This document shows positions 9,520-17,653 of a DNA stretch of 64,000 nt, piece by piece. The stretch spans positions 64,001 to 128,000 of the IMG/VR virus record IMGVR_UViG_3300032319_000936. One strand, 5' to 3'. The translations under genes and the position numbers were made by a program. The notes beneath the pieces are model-generated. The model was not told the origin of the DNA, did not search any database, and saw only the letters and a program-made list of their open reading frames with translations. This DNA is from a virus. Its lineage: Duplodnaviria > Caudoviricetes. Position 1 is the stretch's first letter, and the number at the start of each line of letters is the position of its first letter.

Positions 9520-10158
9520 TTAATCCCACCACTGTCTCAAGTCGCTTCCGTCATATTTCACATACCAGTCTTCATTTGAATCTCTTAAAGCATCATAGTC
9601 AGGCCCTTTGATAATTGCACATAGCTCTTCCCAATATTCCTTTTGTATCCCGTGAGCTCTCTTAAGGAGCTCCCCGTTTCTTTCTTTCTGATCTTGAGTT
9701 TCGTTATCCTTAAGTTGGTATAACTTTTCGTTCTTCTCACCTAACGGATTATCATAAGTTCTGCCTTCAATTTCTTCAAACTCAAAGTCACGGTAAACGT
9801 ATTCAAACCCGAGTTCTTTCTCAGCTTCCTCAACAAATGAGTCATTCACAAAAACATCAATAAGATATGAAAGTCGTTTCATCTTTGCAACTTTCTTCAT
9901 ACGGCTCTCATCGACCTCGTGTCCGTGTTTCTCAATTCTCCAGGTCATATCATCAACAGCAGTTTTAACCCAAGGTAAGATTGAAGCATCCCCGTTGTAC
10001 CAAGTGTGGTTCCATAAGTTCTTGCGGAATAACCAAAGATTGCTGAGGAATCTTGGGATGTCGTACCTGAACAGGTCCCAGGCTTTCCAATACCATTTTT
10101 CCCGGTTAATCATCTTTTCAAGGCTATCAAAAAAAGTTGTTCCGAATTGTGTTTTCAT
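9520..10158 (-). CDS. hypothetical protein
   Basis: 212-aa ORF ending in WWD. Confidence 0.7.
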   Translation of the reverse strand: MKTQFGTTFFDSLEKMINREKWYWKAWDLFRYDIPRFLSNLWLFRKNLWNHTWYNGDASILPWVKTAVDDMTWRIEKHGHEVDESRMKKVAKMKRLSYLIDVFVNDSFVEEAEKELGFEYVYRDFEFEEIEGRTYDNPLGEKNEKLYQLKDNETQDQKERNGELLKRAHGIQKEYWEELCAIIKGPDYDALRDSNEDWYVKYDGSDLRQWWD

Positions 10159-10194
10159 ATAATATCATATGAAGATTATCCGATTTTATTCCAC

Positions 10195-10221
10195 AAAAAA
10201 AACCGGATTACTCCGGTTTTT
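10195..10221. terminator. intrinsic terminator
   Basis: A8-CCGGA ttac TCCGG-T5 hairpin. Confidence 0.7.
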
Positions 10222-10313
10222 GTATATCTTCGTTATTAGGTGACTCTAAAATCAATCTCTTGACTGAAGTGACGTAGTTGTCATAGGCATAAAGATTACC
10301 CCAGGGGGTAAAA

Positions 10314-10760
10314 TTATTCTTCGTCTTCTTCGCCTTCGCCTTCGTCTTCTTTTTCATCCTCTTCTTCCTCTTTTTCGTCGTCCATCATCTCCAATTCTGT
10401 TTTAACGTCTCCCTCGGGTTCCGTTATAAATTCAGTAGAGATAACTTCAGCACCCATTGGTTCCTCGTCTGCACCTTCCGCTTCTCCTCTTAGCCAGTTT
10501 GCAACTTCTGCAATATCGTCTGTTGAGGTTGCAAGATGATCGATAGCCCAATCGTGTCCAGCTGATAAGAAGGCATCTACCTTACTTTTATCCATAGCCA
10601 TTATCTCTTCTAGATAATGTTTAACTGTTGCTAGATTCTGAAAAAACATATAGTGCTTCAATTCACTATCGTGTGTGTGTTCCTTTAGTGAAGCATTGTT
10701 GTTTACTCCGGATGCTGGATTCTTTTTGGCGAAATCCTCAAATGTCAAAACTTTTCCCAT
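10314..10760 (-). CDS. acidic putative virion/head protein
   Basis: N-terminal KVLTFEDF tag, acidic tail, GATATATA upstream. Confidence 0.6.
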   Translation of the reverse strand: MGKVLTFEDFAKKNPASGVNNNASLKEHTHDSELKHYMFFQNLATVKHYLEEIMAMDKSKVDAFLSAGHDWAIDHLATSTDDIAEVANWLRGEAEGADEEPMGAEVISTEFITEPEGDVKTELEMMDDEKEEEEDEKEDEGEGEEDEE

Positions 10761-10803
10761 TTTTAAATTTTTATTTTATTTAACTATATATCTTTCCTTT
10801 TTG

Positions 10804-11532
10804 CTAAATCCTATTACTATAAGAAACGATCTCACCTTTCTCAACCTCCAGTACCCATGGCATATTAGATGGGTAATATCTTTCGTCCAGAGAGCAACAG
10901 TTAAAATAATGAGTACCGTTATCCAGAGCGTGTCCATAAGACTCGTGTATATGCCCAAAAAAGTGAGCTTTTATATTTCTTTCAGAAATTCTGCCCGATA
11001 AATTGCTGCAGCCAACACCTATAGTGGATCCATATTTTACTGCATCAAGTATATTGAACGGCGGTCCATGAGTTATAAGGACGTCTGTATTTTGAGGTAT
11101 CTTTTCCCAAATAGAGTCTATCATAGGACCTCTATCATAATTAAACCCCCAGCCATATCCAAAAGTAGGTGTAGCAGCGGATCCCCAAAAATTCAATCCC
11201 TCGATGGTAACACCAGAATTGTCCAGGTAGTGGACGTTTTTGTTTTTTCTTAGCCTAGCAAAGAAATCCGAATGTATCCAGTGAGAATCGTCATCCTCTC
11301 CGAAGAAGCTCTGTCTCGTGCCCCTAATATAAGGGTCTAGTGTAACGTCATGATTTCCAGCTATAAATACCTTGTGCTTGTGCGGCAGATTCAGAAACCA
11401 ATCAAGAAAATCGCTTATCTCTTCCTTTCTGCCTTTATAAGTAAAATCGCCAGCATGTACCAATACGTCTCCGTCTGGTATGGATAATTCTCTTTCCTTG
11501 GTATGCGTATCTGATATAGCTACTATTCTCAT
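10804..11532 (-). CDS. calcineurin-like metallophosphoesterase
   Basis: DTH, GD, GNHD, THGPP, GHIHE motifs. Confidence 0.9.
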   Translation of the reverse strand: MRIVAISDTHTKERELSIPDGDVLVHAGDFTYKGRKEEISDFLDWFLNLPHKHKVFIAGNHDVTLDPYIRGTRQSFFGEDDDSHWIHSDFFARLRKNKNVHYLDNSGVTIEGLNFWGSAATPTFGYGWGFNYDRGPMIDSIWEKIPQNTDVLITHGPPFNILDAVKYGSTIGVGCSNLSGRISERNIKAHFFGHIHESYGHALDNGTHYFNCCSLDERYYPSNMPWVLEVEKGEIVSYSNRI

Positions 11533-11542
11533 GTCTATATAA

Positions 11543-12196
11543 TTAGTGCAAAACTAATTTAAGTTTCCGTCTTAAATCCGAAAAACTGAGATGATAATAC
11601 TTTTCTAGATAATTTTTCGGTAGTTCGAACTGTGACGGACTAGATGAATTTACAAAGGATCTAGACACGTAAGTCTGGCCGTTTGAAAGGGATCTTGCTA
11701 TCTTTATACAATCGGTTGGTACAGAAACACCGCCCATCATGCTATAGCCAGATCTAAATTCATTTATGCAAATAACAAGAAGTGAATCAGTCTGAGATAT
11801 TCTTCTAATCTCCTCCTCTGTTACCTTCCATATGCCTCTATTAAGTTCAGGCCTCTGCGGAACGCAATTGTAATATCTGAATGTTAATTCATCAAGCTCA
11901 CAGTTAAAGGCAAAGTCCTCAGCATTTGCAAGGTGTCCTTTGTCATATCCGCTTTTAAGATACTCCTTTGTTGTTGCAGCAGGTATCTTGAGATCATTCT
12001 TAAATGAGAACTTATCCCTCTTACAAGGTCCTCCACCTTTATAGAGTTTGTATGTTACCATAACCGGATTTCTATATTTATTGGAAAAATAAGAAGCGTA
12101 TCCATTATTATAGACCACTGTATCCCATTGCAATACCTGAGCTGCAGATAAAAAAGAGATAAAAAATAAAAAGATAAACAGTGTGTATTTTTTCAT
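11543..12196 (-). CDS. DNA/RNA non-specific endonuclease (NucA/EndoG family) with signal peptide
   Basis: YDKGHLA, NCVPQRPELNRGIW; likely start MKKYTL at 12196. Confidence 0.85.
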   Translation of the reverse strand: MKKYTLFIFLFFISFLSAAQVLQWDTVVYNNGYASYFSNKYRNPVMVTYKLYKGGGPCKRDKFSFKNDLKIPAATTKEYLKSGYDKGHLANAEDFAFNCELDELTFRYYNCVPQRPELNRGIWKVTEEEIRRISQTDSLLVICINEFRSGYSMMGGVSVPTDCIKIARSLSNGQTYVSRSFVNSSSPSQFELPKNYLEKYYHLSFSDLRRKLKLVLH

Positions 12197-12227
12197 AATA
12201 TAGTATTTATCAAAAATTTTTAAAAAA

Positions 12228-12623
12228 ATGAAGTTTGAGCCTTTCCACCAACACCTATTAGTAAAAGGAAAAATTAACAACCCAACAAAGAGCACAGAAG
12301 TATTAGACCAGTGGCTTATAGATCTTGTACATAAAGTAGGCATGGAAGTTCTAGCAGGACCAAATTCTGTTTACTGCGATCATCCAGGAAACGAAGGAAT
12401 AACAGGTACAATAGTTCTTTCGACATCACATGCCTCTATCCACATATGGGACTCTGTAACCCCTAGTGATTTTCAATTCGACATCTATTCGTGCAAGCCG
12501 TTTCTTTCTGAAACAGTTCTGGAACACCTGGATCAATTCGGATTAGTAGAATACAATCTGCTGATGATAGACAGAAACGGTAATATGAAAATAGTGGAGG
12601 AAGCTAAAAGTTCTAAAGCTTAA
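12228..12623 (+). CDS. speD: S-adenosylmethionine decarboxylase family proenzyme
   Basis: LSTSHASIHIW pyruvoyl site, FDIYSCK. Confidence 0.85.
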   Translation: MKFEPFHQHLLVKGKINNPTKSTEVLDQWLIDLVHKVGMEVLAGPNSVYCDHPGNEGITGTIVLSTSHASIHIWDSVTPSDFQFDIYSCKPFLSETVLEHLDQFGLVEYNLLMIDRNGNMKIVEEAKSSKA

Positions 12624-12628
12624 TAGCT

Positions 12629-13342
12629 TCAGTCCCAGTATCCCCAGTCCCTCATAAAAAATTCCTTGTTATTACGATTGAGGAAACTTCTTATGGCCAT
12701 CTTAATCATCCATATTGGTTTTTTCTTGGAGAATCTTCTGCTGGAAGTGTAAACGACGGCCCAAAATGGAATTGAGAATTTTTTAGGGTCTACCTCTTTG
12801 CTTAGATAGTAATCCTCAGCGTATACTATCTCCTCGTCAAACATACCTAAATTAGAGAAAGATTCGGCTCTAAATAGCATGAATCCCCCTATGGCGAAAG
12901 GAGATGCCCATCCTGTCATAATATGGGATAGGTCCTTTAATCTATACATCCAATTAAATTTACCATCGAAACTTCTAACCCTACAGCTAGTCAGATCTAG
13001 TTCTTTATCTTCCATTTTCTGGATGAGATCATGCAGTAAGAATCCATTTTTTATCCTCATGTCAGCATCTATAAAAACGACATATTCAGAGTCACTAACT
13101 AGGGAGAATCCTTTATTTCTACCCTCTGCGGGTAGTCCACCCTGTACTATTTTACAATTTATTCCCTGGAAACTATCTCTTTTGAAATGTAGGTCTATTA
13201 TAGATTTGGTGTTATCTGTGGAACAATCTGCTACTATGATATCCTTTATACTAATCCATCTTTGATTGCAAAGATCATCAAGCAGGATAGTTATATCCTC
13301 GCCCTCATTTTTGCATGGTATTACAACAGACAGGTTAAACAT
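12629..13342 (-). CDS. glycosyltransferase family 2
   Basis: VVIPCKNE, FIDAD, AEDY, TSSRRF. Confidence 0.9.
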   Translation of the reverse strand: MFNLSVVIPCKNEGEDITILLDDLCNQRWISIKDIIVADCSTDNTKSIIDLHFKRDSFQGINCKIVQGGLPAEGRNKGFSLVSDSEYVVFIDADMRIKNGFLLHDLIQKMEDKELDLTSCRVRSFDGKFNWMYRLKDLSHIMTGWASPFAIGGFMLFRAESFSNLGMFDEEIVYAEDYYLSKEVDPKKFSIPFWAVVYTSSRRFSKKKPIWMIKMAIRSFLNRNNKEFFMRDWGYWD

Positions 13343-14051
13343 TCTCGAAGGTTCTTATTTCAAATATACCAGATTTTTCAATTATATAAGAATTATTTTC
13401 TATCCAATCACCACAGTTTAAATATCTGATTTCTCCTATCATTTTATCCTGTGGAGTGTGTATATGACCGCATATAACACCAGTGCATCCTTTTTTAACA
13501 GCAGCATCAGTTAGGGTTTCTTCAAAGTGACCAATATACTTGGCTGCTTTCTTGACAGAGTCTTTTACGAATTTAGAAAATGAAGATGGCTGCATTCCCA
13601 AAAAAAGACGGATCCTATTATTTGCCTTGTTTATATTTATAACTACCTCGTATCCCCAAGCACCAAGAACCGATATGAATTTACCATACTTAACTATTGG
13701 ATCGTACAAATCACCATGTGTTATGAAATAGCCATTATAGAAAGCCTCATCCGTGACGTGGATGTTCCCGAAATTAAGTGGAACATACTCCCTTAAGAAA
13801 TCGTCATGGTTACCCGTTATGTAATTGACCTCTACACCCTTTTTAGATAGCGATAGTATCTTTTTAAGAACCTTAGTGTGGCTTTCGGGCCAATGGTGTC
13901 TTTTTTTCAAAAGCCATCCGTCGATGAAATCCCCAACTATAAAAAGCTTCTTAAATTTATACTCCTTAAGTACTTTTCTTAAGTATTCGGCATTAGATCC
14001 TTTACTGCCTAGATGAACATCAGAAATAAAAAGAGAATCAATTTTTTCCAC
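13335..14051 (-). CDS. UDP-2,3-diacylglucosamine diphosphatase (LpxH-like) metallophosphoesterase
   Basis: SDVHLG, VGDFIDGW, GNHD, HGD, CGHIH, NCGDW. Confidence 0.8.
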   Translation of the reverse strand: MEKIDSLFISDVHLGSKGSNAEYLRKVLKEYKFKKLFIVGDFIDGWLLKKRHHWPESHTKVLKKILSLSKKGVEVNYITGNHDDFLREYVPLNFGNIHVTDEAFYNGYFITHGDLYDPIVKYGKFISVLGAWGYEVVININKANNRIRLFLGMQPSSFSKFVKDSVKKAAKYIGHFEETLTDAAVKKGCTGVICGHIHTPQDKMIGEIRYLNCGDWIENNSYIIEKSGIFEIRTFENV

Positions 14052-14124
14052 AACTTATATAATAGATTTCTTACTGTTATAATGTTAGGACTCTATTAAA
14101 TTATCCAGTCTAAATCGTGGGGGG

Positions 14125-14559
14125 TTACCAATATGAATCCCTGGTGTCATCCTCGTTGTAGCCATCCTCGTCCCAGTCGCTTTCACCGTAATTTCTGAGA
14201 TCGTTTTCTATTTCAGAGAATTCCCATGCGTCTTTATTTCTGAACCATAGTAAATTAAAATCATCCATATCTGATCCCCACTCTATTCTAGAATCTATCG
14301 TGCATCCTCCGGGAAGAAATTTTTCGAGAAGACTAAATATCTCCGGTATCTGATCGGAATAATTAACCGGGAATTCATTATCTTCTATGTTGATGAATAT
14401 GTAATTCTGAAAATTGATTGATATGCTGTTTAATATAGGCTCTAATAAATCGCTAGACTTAGAATCAGTTTCAAGTAGATTTATTATGCTCTCCAGATCC
14501 TCTGGACTGCTTTTTTCGTTTGATATAATATCAACTGTGAAATAATAAGAATTCTTCAT
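14125..14559 (-). CDS. hypothetical acidic protein
   Basis: 144-aa ORF. Confidence 0.6.
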   Translation of the reverse strand: MKNSYYFTVDIISNEKSSPEDLESIINLLETDSKSSDLLEPILNSISINFQNYIFINIEDNEFPVNYSDQIPEIFSLLEKFLPGGCTIDSRIEWGSDMDDFNLLWFRNKDAWEFSEIENDLRNYGESDWDEDGYNEDDTRDSYW

Positions 14560-14588
14560 AATCAGTATATACCTATTTATTTTTTCAC

Positions 14589-14614
14589 AAAAAAAGTGCT
14601 AAAAGCACTTTTTT
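14589..14614. terminator. intrinsic terminator
   Basis: A-tract GTGCT aaa AGCAC T-tract. Confidence 0.65.
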
Positions 14615-14631
14615 CATAGGTTGGTTTTGTA

Positions 14632-14964
14632 TTACTTGACTTCCGATTCCGTTTCTGATTCCACAGTCTCTTCTTGTAACATTTTATCTCTATCTGCCTT
14701 TGTCTCCTCACTCATTTCTCTTACTACGATAGAAAAAGTTTTTCCTGTACTAGGACACTTAAAGGTTGCAGCCGTTCCGGCTATAGCAGGAACGTTTAGA
14801 ACGAAATCTCCAACGTCACCTTCCTCCCTGCTCCATGCAAAGATTACTGGCTCGCCGTTGTCAAACTGGAAGCACCATTCAGCTTGGCCCAATCTAGCTT
14901 GCTCTCCTAGGTTCATGTTTGCAGATTCCATTTCGTTCTCTTGTGTTTCGATGTTATTCTCCAT
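14632..14964 (-). CDS. hypothetical protein
   Basis: 110-aa ORF. Confidence 0.65.
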   Translation of the reverse strand: MENNIETQENEMESANMNLGEQARLGQAEWCFQFDNGEPVIFAWSREEGDVGDFVLNVPAIAGTAATFKCPSTGKTFSIVVREMSEETKADRDKMLQEETVESETESEVK

Positions 14965-14978
14965 TTTTTATTGTTTTT

Positions 14979-15710
14979 TTATTTTACTATCTTAGTTGTA
15001 TATAGTTTCCCTGTTGAATCATTTATTATAATCACATAAGTTCCTTGATCTAGTTCAGAAGAGTCTACCCTTACTAAACTTGAGGCATATCTATTTTGAT
15101 AAACGCATCTGCCATCGATTGACATAACCTTAATATTTCCACTATTAGATGGGGTTGTAACGTTAATCATATCGGATATAGGATTTGGCCAAACTTTAAC
15201 GTTGTTAGTTAATTCAGTTACACCATCTACGCATTGTAATTTATAAATCCATGCACCTACTATATCGTTTGGAATTGTATCTGGTATAGAGTTCCACATA
15301 GTGTTACATATAATGCCATCACCGTCTGTATCGTACATAGGGTCTATGGCACAATAACAATCTTCCACATAATTTAAACAGAAATCCAAAGAATCCCCAT
15401 TATAAGGTAAATTAAACAAGAACTGGGTGCTTATCCATTGTGTGGCCGCATCATCACTATAAACTATGGCAATAGCTATGGGTGTCATACTTGATTCTAG
15501 TGTAACGTTAGGGAAGCCACACTCATATATAGGGTTACCGGGTGCTGGTTGTCTAACTGATACTTTAGCATTGAAACCTAATGAATCAGGAAACTGTAAA
15601 AGTAAATATGAAGGTGAATTTGGGGTTACAATGATGGTATCAACTTGCGAAAACCCAACCAATGTTGATAAGCTCAATAGAGCAAAAAGAAATAGTTTAA
15701 TTTTTTTCAT
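14979..15710 (-). CDS. secreted protein with T9SS (Por) type A C-terminal sorting domain
   Basis: Signal peptide ending GFS-Q; C-terminus VWPNP...SIDGR...GTYVI...TTKIVK. Confidence 0.85.
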   Translation of the reverse strand: MKKIKLFLFALLSLSTLVGFSQVDTIIVTPNSPSYLLLQFPDSLGFNAKVSVRQPAPGNPIYECGFPNVTLESSMTPIAIAIVYSDDAATQWISTQFLFNLPYNGDSLDFCLNYVEDCYCAIDPMYDTDGDGIICNTMWNSIPDTIPNDIVGAWIYKLQCVDGVTELTNNVKVWPNPISDMINVTTPSNSGNIKVMSIDGRCVYQNRYASSLVRVDSSELDQGTYVIIINDSTGKLYTTKIVK

Positions 15711-15728
15711 AATTTTTTGTTTACTTTT

Positions 15729-15977
15729 TTAGAGTGTTTCTTTCTTTTGTTCCTCACTTCCTATTGAATTTTCTATCTCGCAAAAAAAATCAACCACGAA
15801 TTTGCACTTTTCAAACTCATCTGTTGATTCGTAATATTCTAATAGAGTATTTTTTATTGAGTTTCTTTTTTTTACTACACCCTGTGAATAACTCTTAAAA
15901 AATTCAGAGTATCCATATTTTTTCATTGTGTGTATAGTGTTTTCGAATATCTGTCTATTTAATTTTTCCACCTTCAT
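15729..15977 (-). CDS. small protein with UVR-like EFEKC motif
   Basis: YYESTDEFEKCKFV. Confidence 0.6.
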   Translation of the reverse strand: MKVEKLNRQIFENTIHTMKKYGYSEFFKSYSQGVVKKRNSIKNTLLEYYESTDEFEKCKFVVDFFCEIENSIGSEEQKKETL

Positions 15978-16161
15978 TGGGTTTAGCTGAGTCCATTATA
16001 TATTTTAGGGTCATGCATTTTTCATATTCCTCGAAGTATTCTAGGGACCTAATGCATTCCTTTATCGTTTCACTGGAAAAGTTTTTACCTTTGCTCCTAC
16101 TTATATCAGTAAAGAGTGCTAGGGTATTTGTGTACTTTTTTCTATCCCCGTCGGTTACCAT
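15955..16161 (-). CDS. small protein with UVR-like EYEKC motif
   Basis: YFEEYEKCMTL. Confidence 0.6.
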   Translation of the reverse strand: MVTDGDRKKYTNTLALFTDISRSKGKNFSSETIKECIRSLEYFEEYEKCMTLKYIMDSAKPNEGGKIK

Positions 16162-16580
16162 GATTTATAACCTTTTGTTTTCCTATATTCCTCTATGACA
16201 TCCTTTATTTCAATACACTTTTCGTAGTCTTCGTTATTTTCTGAATAATGAAGATAGTTCTCCAAAAGAGCATCAAATTGATTTTCGCTTAGAGTTATAG
16301 ATGTTATTTCGCTGCCATCAGGGGTCTCGGATTCCACTTGGAATATTGTTGCTGTAGATTCGCAGTTATCTATAGCTTTCCTAACAGAGTCATAAAGGAT
16401 TTTCCAGAATGCGTCTCTGTCAGTCTTCGTTAATTGAAGAAGGTAGTCAAGAGAGTAGCTTTCTTCTTCCTTCATATCTGCTATTTTTTTTAAGCTCCCA
16501 CGTTGAAAATGACTTTCACTGCTATTGCTATTAATGCACCGAATATAATCCACATGGCTTTGTTTATCCCACTTTGCCAT
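16155..16580 (-). CDS. protein with C-terminal UVR-like EDYEKC motif (true start probably downstream, MKEEES)
   Basis: ENNEDYEKCIEIKD. Confidence 0.6.
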   Translation of the reverse strand: MAKWDKQSHVDYIRCINSNSSESHFQRGSLKKIADMKEEESYSLDYLLQLTKTDRDAFWKILYDSVRKAIDNCESTATIFQVESETPDGSEITSITLSENQFDALLENYLHYSENNEDYEKCIEIKDVIEEYRKTKGYKSW

Positions 16581-16876
16581 TTTTTAAGATCCTGTACATC
16601 GACATTTATTTTCATATAGTCCTCAAACCTATCCTCTTCTTGCATTCTGAATTTAGTGTTTTCGTTGACCCTTACGATAACGCCGTCATACGGATCCAGA
16701 AGTTTCTTCTTAAGTTCGGAAAGATCCTCTTTCATTGATTTCTGTGAATCTCTCATCTCATCTATGCTTTTTTCCAACACTTTTAGTTCCCCATTGGGCA
16801 TTCTATTACCCATTTTCTGTAACTCTTCTAGTACCTGTCTTATAAGCACGGATTCGTTTTTGTTCTCTGGCATCAT
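16490..16876 (-). CDS. coiled-coil protein with C-terminal TM helix (XhlA/holin-like)
   Basis: Coiled coil followed by MWIIFGALIAIAVKVIF. Confidence 0.55.
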   Translation of the reverse strand: MMPENKNESVLIRQVLEELQKMGNRMPNGELKVLEKSIDEMRDSQKSMKEDLSELKKKLLDPYDGVIVRVNENTKFRMQEEDRFEDYMKINVDVQDLKKWQSGINKAMWIIFGALIAIAVKVIFNVGA

Positions 16877-16941
16877 CTTAATAGTAATTTTAGATCTAAA
16901 TGATCCTACTATATATTAAGAAAGAGCTGGAAAAATGGATG

Positions 16942-17163
16942 TTATCGAAGAGTATTCCGGGGATCCATAAAAACAGAAATCCCAGGGAACGCTGAGAGTA
17001 TCTCGAAGCATTCCTCGCTGCTTTCCAAAAAGAACTCAGCATAAAAGGTATCCTCTGGATTTCCCATCTTTTCCTTAAGGATATTGCATCTGAAATAGTC
17101 AATGACCGAGCAAGCCTCTATGTGAGTTTTTGGATTGCTTGTTTGTATGGTGAATTTAACCAA
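16942..17163 (-). CDS. hypothetical protein
   Basis: 73-aa ORF. Confidence 0.45.
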   Translation of the reverse strand: MVKFTIQTSNPKTHIEACSVIDYFRCNILKEKMGNPEDTFYAEFFLESSEECFEILSAFPGISVFMDPRNTLR

Positions 17164-17175
17164 TTTTAAATTTTT

Positions 17176-17454
17176 TTAAGATAATCCGAAAGCTGCAGTT
17201 ACCAAGTCGGAGTGAACCCTATAGTATTTATTAGACTCGGTCTCTCTAACGAGCATATTCATCGCATCTATAGCTCCCTCCACTACGTAGGTCTTATCCT
17301 CCCAGATAAAATCCTTTCCTAAATCAGAGAGCTCTAGCTTTGATCTCCTCATCCACTTGCTTTGATTTCTATTAAATAGCTTTCTATAAGATACCATTAG
17401 ACTCTCGCTTGGCTCTATGACCTGCTTGAATTCCGTTTTGTGTTTCTCCATCAT
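17176..17454 (-). CDS. hypothetical protein
   Basis: 92-aa ORF. Confidence 0.6.
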   Translation of the reverse strand: MMEKHKTEFKQVIEPSESLMVSYRKLFNRNQSKWMRRSKLELSDLGKDFIWEDKTYVVEGAIDAMNMLVRETESNKYYRVHSDLVTAAFGLS

Positions 17455-17470
17455 AACTTTATATTATTAC

Positions 17471-17653
17471 TTATTGACTAAAATATTTGCTATCTTTGGT
17501 TAAATTTATTTTACCTTTCTTGTAATCATTTAGTTTAAATCTTAAGAGGGCACCGAATTCGTAATTGTTTGGAGTTTCTCTTTCCATCTCAATTAAGTGC
17601 TTAATAAACCTGTCACTCTTTGATTCGAATAATCTTCTTATAAAATTCATCAT
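17471..17653 (-). CDS. hypothetical protein
   Basis: 60-aa ORF, PNNYEFG. Confidence 0.55.
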   Translation of the reverse strand: MMNFIRRLFESKSDRFIKHLIEMERETPNNYEFGALLRFKLNDYKKGKINLTKDSKYFSQ

